The notes beneath the pieces were generated by a model. It ran no database searches, was not told the origin of the DNA, and saw only the letters and a list, made by a program, of their open reading frames with translations. From positions 91,007 to 155,006 of the forward strand of contig JBAZTR010000003.1 of assembly GCA_041661745.1 (NCBI GenBank): 64,000 bases of DNA, written 5' to 3'. The DNA comes from Patescibacteria group bacterium (lineage in GTDB: Bacteria > Patescibacteriota > Patescibacteriia > UBA9934 > GWF2-40-263). Positions 35,072-44,625 of the stretch are shown here, piece after piece; position 1 is the stretch's first letter, and each line of letters starts with the position of its first letter. The translations under genes and the position numbers were made by a program.

Positions 35072-38002
35072 ATGACTTACAACTATCTTCACCGCCGTTC
35101 CGAAACACGCCGTAAAAAATTCGCTTTCATAAAAAACCTCTTAACTGCAGGCAATTTTAAAAACCTTATCCTGCTTGGTTTGGCGGCTGTTTTGGCCGGT
35201 TCTGTTCTTATTCTTGGAATCTTCGCCTTTATTAGCCGCGATCTGCCAGATCCAAATTCCCTTTCCGAACGTTCGGTTAGTCAAAGTACAAAAATCTATG
35301 ACCGTACCGGCGAGCACCTGCTTTATGAATTACACGGGGACGAAAACCGAACCTTGGTAAAATTTGCCTCCTACTTTTGTGGTGATGGTGAGGGAGTACT
35401 AGAACTTGACCCTAATGGCATACCCCTTATGGCAGTTCAAGCTACCATCGCTGCCGAGGATCATGCTTTTTGTCAGCATCACGGATTCAGCTTCAAAGGT
35501 TTTGCCAGAGCCGTCCTAAACAATCTAATCGGGGGAACCGGCGGTGGATCCACCCTTACTCAACAGTTGGTTAAAAACGCTATTCTAACGAACGAACATA
35601 AAATAAGCCGAAAAATAAAGGAATTAATTCTCTCAGTTGAAATAGAGAGAAAATATACAAAAGACGAAATTCTTCAAATCTATTTTAACGAAATTCCGTA
35701 CGGCTCAACTAATTATGGGATTGAATCGGCGGCTCAAAACTATCTTCGTAAATCAGTTAAAGATTTAACCTTGTCCGAAGCGGCAATTTTGGCCGCTCTG
35801 CCACAACGACCAACAAGTCTCCTTAACAACCCGGAAGCTTTACAAGCACGCCGCGATTGGATTCTTAACAACATGGTCGAACTGACTTTCATAACCCAAG
35901 AGCAGGCTGACGCGGCCAAAGCTGAACCAATCGAACTTCAAACAACTGTTTCTAACATCGAAGCTCCACATTTTGTTTTTTATGTTAAAGAGGTTTTGGA
36001 AGAAACTTTAAAAATCGATCCAAAATTAGTTGAGGAAGGTGGACTTAAGGTCATAACCACCCTTGATTACGACAAACAAAAAATTGCCGAAGAAGAGGTT
36101 AAAAACGGCGTGGAAAAAAATGGGGAAAGATACAATTTTAACAACGCCGCATTGGTAGCGACTGACCCAAAAACCGGACAAATTCTTTCCATGGTTGGAT
36201 CCAAAGACTATTTTGATGACGAAATCGACGGCCAAGTGAACGTTGCCACGAGTCTTCGACAACCAGGCTCTAGTTTTAAACCAATTGTCTATACTGCCGG
36301 TTTCATCAAAGGCTATACCCCCAACACAGTTTTATGGGATGTAAAAACTGACTTCCCCACAGTTACCGGCAACTATTCACCAAACGATTATGACTTAAAA
36401 GAACGCGGTCCGTTAACCGTCCGACAAGCGTTGCAGGGATCATTAAATATTCCAGCCGTAAAGATGCTTTATTTGGTTGGCGTGGAAAATACATTGCAAT
36501 TTGCCGAACAGCTTGGTTACTCTTCTTTTACTGACCGCTCACGGTTTGGTTTAGCAATAGTTCTTGGCGGCGGTGAGGTCGAATTATTGGAACACGTCGG
36601 GGCTTTCGGAGTTTTTGCCAACAACGGAATCAAACAAGAAACAACAGCCATTCTAAAAGTTGAAGAGCCGGGCGGAAATGTTTTATACGAATGGAAAGAA
36701 AATGAGGGCAAAAAAGTTCTGGAAAAAAATTTCGCTTACATGATTGCCAATGTCTTATCTGATAACGCCGCTCGCGCTTATGTTTTTGGTGAAAACAACT
36801 ATCTTCAACTGAGCGACCGGCCGGTAGCCGCCAAAACCGGAACGACTAACGACTACAACGACGCCTGGACAGTCGGATTTACCCCCGCCATAGTCGTTGG
36901 AGTGTGGGTTGGCAATACTGACGGCTCTGACATGGCCAGAGGCGCTGACGGGTCAATTATCGCCGCTCCGATATGGAATAGTTTCTTAACCAGAGCCTTG
37001 GTAGGAACACCGGCCGAATCTTTTACCCCGCCGGAAATTCCAATAACCGGCAAAGCTATTCTTGATGGGCAGATGCCGGGACAAACTGTGGTTATTGATA
37101 GGGCTTCGGGGAAGCTGGCCACGGAATACACCCCAGCCTCTTTCCGAGAAACAAAAACCTTTGCCGAATATCACGATATTCTTTTTTACGTCGATAAAGA
37201 CAATCCGACCGGAGCCCAACCAGCTGACCCAACAAAAGATCCAATGTTTACTCCGTGGGAAACCGCTGTGCAAAATTGGCTTAAAGCAAAAGAAACCGAA
37301 ACCGGGATAAAAATTGAGCAAGGCGCGGTACCCACTGAAACTGACGATCTTCATGTTCCAAAAAATTTCCCAACCATCACAATCGAATCCCCTTCTAAAA
37401 ACCAATCGTTCTCTTCGCTCGAGATTTCTATTGCTGTTAATGCCGATGCTCCACGAGGCGTGAGACGTGTTGAGTTCTATATCGATGGTTATTACTTGGG
37501 TAGCGACAGCCAAGCCCCTTATGAAAAAACCCTGAACATACCCAACACGGTCGAACGGGGTTATCACACCTTAAAAGCCGTGGCTTATGACGATATTGAT
37601 AACACCGGCTCAAATTCAGTTGGAATTAAAATAGATAGCGAGGCCTCGCGAGACGATCTTTCAATTATTGATCCAGTTAACGGACAATCAATTGAACGAA
37701 ACCAGGAGGTTTACTCATTAGCTCTTTCTCTGCAAAATCCAACTAATTACAACTCAATCTTTGTTTATGCCGAAGAGGTTGGTGGTTCTGGTCGCTCTCT
37801 AATTGGTTCGGCGGAATTGCCGTCGTCCCCTTTTATTACCGTTCCTTGGACCATGCCAATGTCTGGCACGTGGGTTATTACCGCACGGGCCGAAGGCTCC
37901 AGTGGTGTTGTAGAAGCTCCTGGAACAATGGTTTATATAACTCCAAACGGAGCAACCCCGACTGTTAACACCGGCGGCTCTGATCTAAATCCGTTCGATT
38001 AA
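35072..38002 (+). CDS. Class A penicillin-binding protein (GT51 transglycosylase + transpeptidase) with C-terminal Ig-like domains
   Basis: GT51 motifs EDHAFCQHHGFS and GGSTLTQQLVKN; transpeptidase motifs SSFKP, SLN and KTGT; N-terminal TM anchor. Confidence 0.85.
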   Translation: MTYNYLHRRSETRRKKFAFIKNLLTAGNFKNLILLGLAAVLAGSVLILGIFAFISRDLPDPNSLSERSVSQSTKIYDRTGEHLLYELHGDENRTLVKFASYFCGDGEGVLELDPNGIPLMAVQATIAAEDHAFCQHHGFSFKGFARAVLNNLIGGTGGGSTLTQQLVKNAILTNEHKISRKIKELILSVEIERKYTKDEILQIYFNEIPYGSTNYGIESAAQNYLRKSVKDLTLSEAAILAALPQRPTSLLNNPEALQARRDWILNNMVELTFITQEQADAAKAEPIELQTTVSNIEAPHFVFYVKEVLEETLKIDPKLVEEGGLKVITTLDYDKQKIAEEEVKNGVEKNGERYNFNNAALVATDPKTGQILSMVGSKDYFDDEIDGQVNVATSLRQPGSSFKPIVYTAGFIKGYTPNTVLWDVKTDFPTVTGNYSPNDYDLKERGPLTVRQALQGSLNIPAVKMLYLVGVENTLQFAEQLGYSSFTDRSRFGLAIVLGGGEVELLEHVGAFGVFANNGIKQETTAILKVEEPGGNVLYEWKENEGKKVLEKNFAYMIANVLSDNAARAYVFGENNYLQLSDRPVAAKTGTTNDYNDAWTVGFTPAIVVGVWVGNTDGSDMARGADGSIIAAPIWNSFLTRALVGTPAESFTPPEIPITGKAILDGQMPGQTVVIDRASGKLATEYTPASFRETKTFAEYHDILFYVDKDNPTGAQPADPTKDPMFTPWETAVQNWLKAKETETGIKIEQGAVPTETDDLHVPKNFPTITIESPSKNQSFSSLEISIAVNADAPRGVRRVEFYIDGYYLGSDSQAPYEKTLNIPNTVERGYHTLKAVAYDDIDNTGSNSVGIKIDSEASRDDLSIIDPVNGQSIERNQEVYSLALSLQNPTNYNSIFVYAEEVGGSGRSLIGSAELPSSPFITVPWTMPMSGTWVITARAEGSSGVVEAPGTMVYITPNGATPTVNTGGSDLNPFD

Positions 38003-38013
38003 AAACAAAACAA

Positions 38014-38045
38014 AAAGACGGGCACAATCGCCCGTCTTTTTTTAT
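38014..38045. terminator. Bidirectional terminator
   Basis: aagacgggc-acaatc-gcccgtctt plus T7. Confidence 0.65.
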
Positions 38046-38572
38046 TCTATTTTTGCCAGTGGGAAAGATTCTGGTTGATGAAGGTTTGGTTCTGCCCCTG
38101 GTAGAGGGTGATAAGCCAGGACCTGCCCACCGGCAACCAAAAAAACGTTTAAAGCAGACAGTTTCGAAGGAAGTAAATCGGGCGGAATAATTATTTCGTT
38201 TAAAATTTTCCCGTTATCTTCTTCTTTGTGGTTTGTTTCAAAAGCAACGTTGTTAAAATCAGCCACTTTTTGGTTTGGCCCATCAAAACCAGACACCGTG
38301 AAACGGCCATCGATGCTTAAAACAACTTCAAGATACTGTCCATCATCATCCACAATAAAAAAACAGATTCTTTCGCTTGCTTCGATTTCTTTTTGGGTCT
38401 GGTCTTTTTTATACCCTGGAAAAGATGATGTGGTGGTTTTGACCAAAAGACCTTTGTCGTTTTTTTGAAGTTCAACAAAACTTGAGAGTCTAAAATCTGG
38501 ACATTTTCCACCATTCCAAAGTCGACCGATCGGTAGAAGCAAAAAAGACGGGGCGTTAGGAACAATCAACAT
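38042..38572 (-). CDS. Hypothetical protein
   Basis: 176-aa ORF immediately downstream of dnaN. Confidence 0.4.
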   Translation of the reverse strand: MLIVPNAPSFLLLPIGRLWNGGKCPDFRLSSFVELQKNDKGLLVKTTTSSFPGYKKDQTQKEIEASERICFFIVDDDGQYLEVVLSIDGRFTVSGFDGPNQKVADFNNVAFETNHKEEDNGKILNEIIIPPDLLPSKLSALNVFLVAGGQVLAYHPLPGAEPNLHQPESFPLAKIE

Positions 38573-38575
38573 ATC

Positions 38576-39694
38576 CTATTGTTTAATAGGCATAATAATA
38601 TACAACTGATCTTCTTGATTAAAAGGTTTTATAACACAGGGGTTTGAACCATCAATCATTTTAAAAGAAACATCTTCAGTTCCTATTGATTGAAGGCCGT
38701 CGAGAAGGTAACGAAAGTTTAAGGTGACGGAATTTTCAATCCCGGAAACTTCAATTTTGGTTGAGGCGGAGTTTTCGCCGCGCGAAGCATCGGCCGCACT
38801 GACTCGCAGTGATCCGCTTGGGTCGAAAAATATCGTCACATCAAAAAGACCGGAACGAGAAAACAAACTAGCGGTCTTAACGGTGTTTATAAGGTCTTCG
38901 CGATTAACCTTGGCTTCGGTTTGAAAATTTTGTGGAATAATCTGTTGATAATCCGGGAAGTTCCCCTCAATAACACGGGAAATTAACTCCACCGAACCGT
39001 AAGTAAAAACAATTTGGTTTTCTGACAAACTTATTTGGACTTCGTTTGGTGAATCTGAGGTGTCTTTAAAAAGGGAAAAGATTCGGTGGGCCTCAATAAC
39101 GGTTTTAACCGGGACAATAACCGAGGTTTCGCTGGCCGACTCGTTTGGCAAAACAACGGTCTTTTCAACCAAACGATAAGAATCAGTAGCTGCAATAATT
39201 AACTTATTTTTCTTAAACTGGAGTAATAAGCCTGAAAGCTCTGGTCTTGATTCGTTATTGGCCGCGGCAAAAACTGTTTGTGAAACCGCGTCCCGAAAAA
39301 GATCAACGGGTATTGTATAAACTTTTTCAGCGGAAACAGCCGGAACCAAAGGAAAGTCAGATGATGGTAATCCATTAATCTTAGTTTTATTATCCCCAGC
39401 TTCCAGGTGTAAAACGCTTTCTTCCACCTTTAAATCAATCTTTTCTTCTTTTAATAAGGAAATGTAATCGTAGAAAAGTTTTGAAGGAATGGTAATTTCG
39501 CCATCCTCATCAATCTTTCCCCTTACTAAACAACTAACCGCCATTTCCAAGTTTGTTGAAGTAAAACGAATATTCCCATTTTTTGCCACCAATAGAACAT
39601 TATTAAGAATAGGTAGTTGAATGTTCTTGGTAGAGAGGTGACTGGTTATTGCTAACCCCATTTGAAGATTCGTTTTTAAACAAGAAACTTTCAT
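38576..39694 (-). CDS. dnaN: DNA polymerase III beta sliding clamp
   Basis: Three-domain ~370 aa protein with a DnaN N-terminus; follows dnaA. Confidence 0.85.
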   Translation of the reverse strand: MKVSCLKTNLQMGLAITSHLSTKNIQLPILNNVLLVAKNGNIRFTSTNLEMAVSCLVRGKIDEDGEITIPSKLFYDYISLLKEEKIDLKVEESVLHLEAGDNKTKINGLPSSDFPLVPAVSAEKVYTIPVDLFRDAVSQTVFAAANNESRPELSGLLLQFKKNKLIIAATDSYRLVEKTVVLPNESASETSVIVPVKTVIEAHRIFSLFKDTSDSPNEVQISLSENQIVFTYGSVELISRVIEGNFPDYQQIIPQNFQTEAKVNREDLINTVKTASLFSRSGLFDVTIFFDPSGSLRVSAADASRGENSASTKIEVSGIENSVTLNFRYLLDGLQSIGTEDVSFKMIDGSNPCVIKPFNQEDQLYIIMPIKQ

Positions 39695-39745
39695 AACTAT
39701 AATTATCTTTTATATATATTATTTATAGTAATAGTAGTAGGTGTT

Positions 39746-39754
39746 GTGGATAGA
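39746..39754. promoter_or_regulatory. DnaA-box-like 9-mer TGTGGATAG in the dnaA-dnaN intergenic region
   Basis: 8 of 9 match to TGTGGATAA, next to the AT-rich tract tatatatattatttatagtaatagtag. Confidence 0.4.
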
Positions 39755-39934
39755 GTGGAAAAACGAGGTTTTGGTCTAAAACAAGCGAAAAAAGAGATAG
39801 AGAAAAAGTGTGTAAGAAGTCAATTAAAAAGTAGTTAACAGTGAATAGAATTTACTCTTTTTTGATGGGGTTATTTCTTTAAGGTTTCTTCCCCCCGATA
39901 GACACAGACTTATTCACCTCTTATCCTTTGCGTT

Positions 39935-41338
39935 TTAAACGTAAATTCTTTGTTTTATTACCTCAACATCTTGTTGCAACTTTTCATCGATAACAATTTG
40001 ATTGGAAATCTTCTCATAAGCGTGCATAGCCGTGGTGTGATCACGTCCGCCCAGTTCAGAACCAATAGAAGGAAAACTAGATTTCATTTCCTCTCTCATT
40101 ATATACATGATAATTTGGCGCGGGAAAGCTAGACGTTTTTCACGACTCTTTCCCAAAAGATCTTCTATTTCTAATTCAAAATATCCGGCCACGGTTTGAA
40201 TAAGTTGTCTTGGGGTAACACTCTTTTTGTTTTTAGTTGGTAGAAAACTAGCCAAGATAGATTTAACTGATTCGATTGTTGGAACGGTGTTTTTAAATTG
40301 ATGAAGAGCAATAATTTTGTTCAAAGCCCCTTCGAGTTCACGGACATTACTTTGAATCATTGTGCCAATATGGTGAAGAATACTTTGATCCAAAATATAG
40401 TTCTTTTCGCGACATTTGGCTTGTAAAATAGCAATTCTTGTTTCAAAATCAGGGCTGCCGATATCGGCCATCATTCCCATTTCAAAACGTGACGACAAGC
40501 GTTGTTCAAGATCGGGAATGGCTTTGGGTGGGCGATCAGAAGTTAAAATAATCTGTTTGTTGTTTTGATGAAGAGTGTTAAAGGTGTGGAAAAATTCTTC
40601 CTGAGTTCCTTCCTTCCCTGTTATGAATTGGATGTCGTCAATTAAAAGAGCATCAACAGTTCGATAAATATCTTTAAACTCTTTCATTTTATTTGTGCGG
40701 ATAGCGTAAATATAATCATTAGTGAATTTTTCACTAGTGACATAAAGAATTCGTGCGTTGCTGTTCTGTTTGGCTATTTCGTTTCCAACAGCTTGTAAAA
40801 GGTGGGTTTTGCCCAAACCAACCCCACCATAAAGGAAGAGAGGGTTATAAACACTGCCGGGTTGGCTGGCTACAGCCTGGGCCGCGGCATGGGCAAGTTC
40901 GTTTTGTTTTCCAACAATAAAGCTGGAGAAGGAATATTTTGGGTTTAAAGAAACTTCGATGGTTTCGTGTTGGCTAATTGGGGAAGATGACGGTTGAGAT
41001 TGATAAATAGCTGATTTTGGTGCCTCCTGAGCTTCAAAAACAATATCCATACCTTCTGCCGGGTCGATCGAAACCGGCATGCCTGGTTTTGTTTCGACTT
41101 TGTAAACAATACTTTTGATTTTGGCGTTGTTGGCTAACACCTGGATCATGTTGTGAATTTCCTTGTGATATTTTTTTTCTAACCAAGTTTTGGTAAAAGT
41201 GTTGGGAACACCAACAATGACCTCGTTTTCGCTAAAATTAGCAATAAAAGTATTTTTAAACCAAGTGGTAAAGTTGGCCTTACTAAGTTTTAGCTCTAGT
41301 TCGCCTAGAACCGCCTGCCAAAGTTCATTGGTATTCAT
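39935..41338 (-). CDS. dnaA: Chromosomal replication initiator DnaA
   Basis: N-terminal ELWQAVLGELELKLSKANFTTWF, AAA+ Walker A GGVGLGKTHLL and the C-terminal DNA-binding domain. Confidence 0.9.
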   Translation of the reverse strand: MNTNELWQAVLGELELKLSKANFTTWFKNTFIANFSENEVIVGVPNTFTKTWLEKKYHKEIHNMIQVLANNAKIKSIVYKVETKPGMPVSIDPAEGMDIVFEAQEAPKSAIYQSQPSSSPISQHETIEVSLNPKYSFSSFIVGKQNELAHAAAQAVASQPGSVYNPLFLYGGVGLGKTHLLQAVGNEIAKQNSNARILYVTSEKFTNDYIYAIRTNKMKEFKDIYRTVDALLIDDIQFITGKEGTQEEFFHTFNTLHQNNKQIILTSDRPPKAIPDLEQRLSSRFEMGMMADIGSPDFETRIAILQAKCREKNYILDQSILHHIGTMIQSNVRELEGALNKIIALHQFKNTVPTIESVKSILASFLPTKNKKSVTPRQLIQTVAGYFELEIEDLLGKSREKRLAFPRQIIMYIMREEMKSSFPSIGSELGGRDHTTAMHAYEKISNQIVIDEKLQQDVEVIKQRIYV

Positions 41339-41415
41339 ATGGAGCATGGGGCCCAAAAGGGCAAAAAAGGTCGAAATTTGTTAGTTTTTGTTTACTTCGG
41401 CTTCTAGTTTACCAT

Positions 41416-41424
41416 TTATCCACA
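41416..41424. promoter_or_regulatory. Perfect DnaA box TTATCCACA between dnaA and rpmH
   Basis: Exact consensus 9-mer in the classic rpmH/dnaA divergent intergenic region. Confidence 0.55.
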
Positions 41425-41516
41425 AGGGGGCAAGAGGTCAAGTAGTGGGTATGTAGGTTGATAAACTGTGGAAAGTGTGGTAATAATATACACGCTTATT
41501 AAAATACAATACAGTT

Positions 41517-41669
41517 ATGCCAAAACGCACATATCAGCCGAAAAAAGCCCGCCGTGCCAAGGTTCATGGATTTATGTCCAGAATGGCTACTTCGGCCGGC
41601 CGAAAGGTCTTAAAACGTCGCCGTGCCCGTGGCCGCAAGCGCATGTCGGTACAGCGAAAATCGAAATAA
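41517..41669 (+). CDS. rpmH: 50S ribosomal protein L34
   Basis: Translates to [50 protein letters not shown] (50 aa). Absent from the ORF track only because of the length cutoff. Confidence 0.85.
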   Translation: MPKRTYQPKKARRAKVHGFMSRMATSAGRKVLKRRRARGRKRMSVQRKSK

Positions 41670-41707
41670 GGTATAATGAAAACAGGGGTTAAGCCCCTGT
41701 TATTCAT

Positions 41708-42046
41708 ATGTTGCCACAAGAAAATCGTTTAAGAAAGGAAAAAGACATTGAAAAGGTCTTTAAAACCGGGAAAAGCGTCTTTGATCCGGTCTGTGGTTTT
41801 AAATTTCTGCCAAACAACCTGCCGGTTTCCCGTTTTGCTTTTATGGTTGGCACAAAAATCTCCAAATCAGCTGTAAAACGTAACCGTCTTCGTCGTCAGA
41901 TCCGGGAAATCATCCATTTGAATCTGAAAAACATTAAAACCGGTCTTGATTTTACTTTTATTGTCCGCCCGGGGGCGAAAGAGGCCGATTATAAAGGATT
42001 GGAAGACATAATTGTTCACGGATTAAAAAAGGCCCGCCTTTTATGA
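41708..42046 (+). CDS. rnpA: RNase P protein component
   Basis: ENRLRKEKDIEKVFKTGK...RFAFMVGTKISKSAVKRNRLRRQIREI is the RnpA signature; position after rpmH. Confidence 0.8.
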   Translation: MLPQENRLRKEKDIEKVFKTGKSVFDPVCGFKFLPNNLPVSRFAFMVGTKISKSAVKRNRLRRQIREIIHLNLKNIKTGLDFTFIVRPGAKEADYKGLEDIIVHGLKKARLL

Positions 42047-42912
42047 ATCCTTTTAAAGCAATAGCTGTTTTTTTAATAATAATTTATCAAAAAACCCTGT
42101 CTTTTGATCATGGTCCTTTAAAAATTTTCCATCCGTACGGTTATTGCCGCTTTCACCCAAGCTGTTCAGAGTATTCCAAGCAAGCTATTGAGCGTTTTGG
42201 TTTAATAAAAGGCGGTTTTTTAGCTACAAGTAGGATTTTAAGATGTAATCCTTGGTCAAAAGGCGGAATCGATGAGGTGCCAGGGACAGAAAAGGTAGTT
42301 ATTGGTAATCCAGAAAACGAGTCAAAAGACGGTAAAGACCTTTCTGATCAAGATTTTGTAGAAATTATTAACCTTTATAAAAAACAAGTCGTCGTTCCTT
42401 CAAAAGTATCGTCTAAACCCTTTATTCTCTGCCCGATCGGGCTGGTTGGCTCGGGAAAAACCACAGTTATTAAACCAATGGCCGAATATTTTGGTCTTGT
42501 CCGGGTTTCCAACGATGAAATTAGAAAAATTTTGATAAGCAAGGGGTTTAATCTTACAAGAACGGTTGAGTTGGGTTTTGGAGTAGCTAAAGAGTTTGTT
42601 GAAAAGGGTTTTGGTCTAGCGGTCGACGCCGATTGTGCTGGTCCGAACATTGTTAAAACAATTAATGAGCTGGCAAATAAGGTCGGACTAAAAGTTTTTT
42701 TAATTCACCTCAACACCCCAGAGGATTTTATTTTAGAGGGGATAAAAAAGTCCCGCTCTGACGCCGAGAATTTTATTCAGATTTATCACAAACGCAAAAT
42801 ACTTCACGAAAATTTAAATTTTTCTTTTATTTATACTTTTGATTTGTCGCGTGGCAATGTAGACGAACAAATTAAAGAATGCGAGAGAATAATTGAGGAA
42901 GAAATTAAATAA
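42043..42912 (+). CDS. yidD: YidD (membrane protein insertion efficiency factor) fused to a C-terminal P-loop NTPase/kinase-like domain
   Basis: N-terminal YQKTLSFDHGPLKIFHPYGYCRFHPSCSEY...LRCNPWSKGGIDEVP is YidD. It continues in frame into GLVGSGKTT (Walker A) and an AAA_33-like domain; 289 aa total, ATGA overlap with rnpA. Confidence 0.65.
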   Translation: MNPFKAIAVFLIIIYQKTLSFDHGPLKIFHPYGYCRFHPSCSEYSKQAIERFGLIKGGFLATSRILRCNPWSKGGIDEVPGTEKVVIGNPENESKDGKDLSDQDFVEIINLYKKQVVVPSKVSSKPFILCPIGLVGSGKTTVIKPMAEYFGLVRVSNDEIRKILISKGFNLTRTVELGFGVAKEFVEKGFGLAVDADCAGPNIVKTINELANKVGLKVFLIHLNTPEDFILEGIKKSRSDAENFIQIYHKRKILHENLNFSFIYTFDLSRGNVDEQIKECERIIEEEIK

Positions 42913-42952
42913 TAATTTTAAGAATTAAAAAAACTGCCGGTTGGCAGATTTT

Positions 42953-43474
42953 TTATATAAGATTTAAGTTTCGTAATTCTTTTAAAGCCTTCGTGGTAAT
43001 TCGTTTTTTCCCCTTCTGAAGTATTGTGTCACACAAGGACAACCCATCCTCAAAAGAAAGCCATTTAAAGTCGTCGAATTCAGTTTTTGTGATATCAATA
43101 TTTTGTGAAGCGGAACTAGTGGTGATAAAAAAGTATTTTTTTCCCTTCATGTAAATGTCCTGGTCAGCATCGTTTCTTAATTCGCGGGTGTTTTGATTTC
43201 GGGAGGGAAACTTCACCTCGTCCTCACCAAATATTTGTATATTTTTTTTAACAGTTTTAATAAAATCACTGCCAAGCTCTTCGGCCATTTCTCTAAAAAA
43301 AGCGGTTTTGAGCAGCTCTTTATTATTTACCCCGCCTTGCGGCAGTTGCCACAAATTATGTTCTTTTTTGAACAAAAACAGGACTTTTTTGTCATTTATA
43401 AAACAACCAACCACTTGTGGGCGGAAACCACGGTTTCTTATTTGATCAATTTTTATTAAGTCAGGCACTTCCAT
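42953..43474 (-). CDS. NUDIX hydrolase
   Basis: Nudix box GGVNNKELLKTAFFREMAEELG. Confidence 0.7.
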   Translation of the reverse strand: MEVPDLIKIDQIRNRGFRPQVVGCFINDKKVLFLFKKEHNLWQLPQGGVNNKELLKTAFFREMAEELGSDFIKTVKKNIQIFGEDEVKFPSRNQNTRELRNDADQDIYMKGKKYFFITTSSASQNIDITKTEFDDFKWLSFEDGLSLCDTILQKGKKRITTKALKELRNLNLI

Positions 43475-43486
43475 ATTGGGAAAACA

Positions 43487-43714
43487 CTATACCTCAATTT
43501 GCTTTATTTTAGTAGTTGCGCCGCGGACAATTTTTATTGCTGTTTTTGGCTTTTTGTAATACTCAGCCAGGAAGCGAATAAGCTCTTCGTTAGCCTTCCC
43601 TTCCCGCGGCGGGGCGGCGATTTTTATTTTAACAGTATTATCGTCTAGCCAACCAACGATCTCTGTTTTTTTCGCGTTCGGTGAAGCGTGAACAGTCAGA
43701 ATCATATTAACCAC
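43487..43714 (-). CDS. DUF167/YggU family protein
   Basis: 75-aa protein with the KIKIAAPPREGKANEELIRFLAEYYKKPK signature. Confidence 0.6.
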   Translation of the reverse strand: MVNMILTVHASPNAKKTEIVGWLDDNTVKIKIAAPPREGKANEELIRFLAEYYKKPKTAIKIVRGATTKIKQIEV

Positions 43715-44546
43715 GAATTTTTTTGAAAAGTTTTAGGTCTTTTTCAACTCCTTTTGATCCATCATCCCAAGGCGTCTCTAAAATAAGATCGATACCTTTT
43801 AATTTTTTATTATTAATGATTGCTTCGAATCCAGCTTGGCCGATTTTTCCTTCGCCGATATGGGCGTGACGATCTTTGTGTGAACCAAAGTCAGTGGCCG
43901 AGTCATTGGTGTGAATTAAAATCAGTCGTTCCAAGCCGATAATGTCGTCGAAATCTTTTAAGGTTTTTTCCAACGCTTCTTTTGTCCGAAAATCATAACC
44001 AGAAGCAAAGGCATGTTGTGTATCAAGACAAACGCCGACTTTGTTGCCCCCCTTAGCCTGAAGAACTTCCCAAACGTCTTCAAATTTATCACCCATGATT
44101 GCCCCGGCCCCGGCCGACATTTCGATTAGCAACTGGCACGAGCCGTTATAGTCTTTTAAAATTTTTTCCACCCCATCTTTGGCCATTTCCAACCCCTTCT
44201 TTTCACCAACCCCGGCCGCTGAGCCCATATGGAACATCATGGCCTGACAACCAAGGAGTGAGCCGCGCTCCAACTCCTCACGGATAAGGTGAATAGAGTA
44301 ACCGCGAGTGTGACCCAAAGGTGAGGCTAGGTTAATGATGTAGGGGGCGTGGACATAAGCCGCGGAAATTTTGTTTTCCTCCATAGCCGTGCGGAATTTT
44401 TTGACGGTTTCCGGGGTTATTTCCGACGCTTTGCCACCTTGTGGTGGCCGAGTGAACATTTGTAAAACCTCGCAGCCGATTTTAGCTGCGTTCCCCGGGG
44501 CATTCCAAACCCCACCTTCAATGGAAACATGGGCACCGAATTTCAT
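43707..44546 (-). CDS. nfo: Endonuclease IV (AP endonuclease family 2)
   Basis: MKFGAHVSIEGG...YVHAPYIINLAS and the xylose-isomerase-like TIM barrel length. Confidence 0.85.
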   Translation of the reverse strand: MKFGAHVSIEGGVWNAPGNAAKIGCEVLQMFTRPPQGGKASEITPETVKKFRTAMEENKISAAYVHAPYIINLASPLGHTRGYSIHLIREELERGSLLGCQAMMFHMGSAAGVGEKKGLEMAKDGVEKILKDYNGSCQLLIEMSAGAGAIMGDKFEDVWEVLQAKGGNKVGVCLDTQHAFASGYDFRTKEALEKTLKDFDDIIGLERLILIHTNDSATDFGSHKDRHAHIGEGKIGQAGFEAIINNKKLKGIDLILETPWDDGSKGVEKDLKLFKKIRG

Positions 44547-44625
44547 AATGATTTTATTTTAGCAGAAACCAGGTTTGCTCAACAGCCGGTCTTTCGATAT
44601 GCTACAGATACTCTTGGGAGGCACA

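Noticed and set aside
41468-41692. 74-aa track ORF overlapping rpmH
   Set aside because: It is the wrong frame. The +1 frame from 41517 encodes a textbook L34 ([19 protein letters not shown]...), only 50 aa and therefore below the track cutoff.
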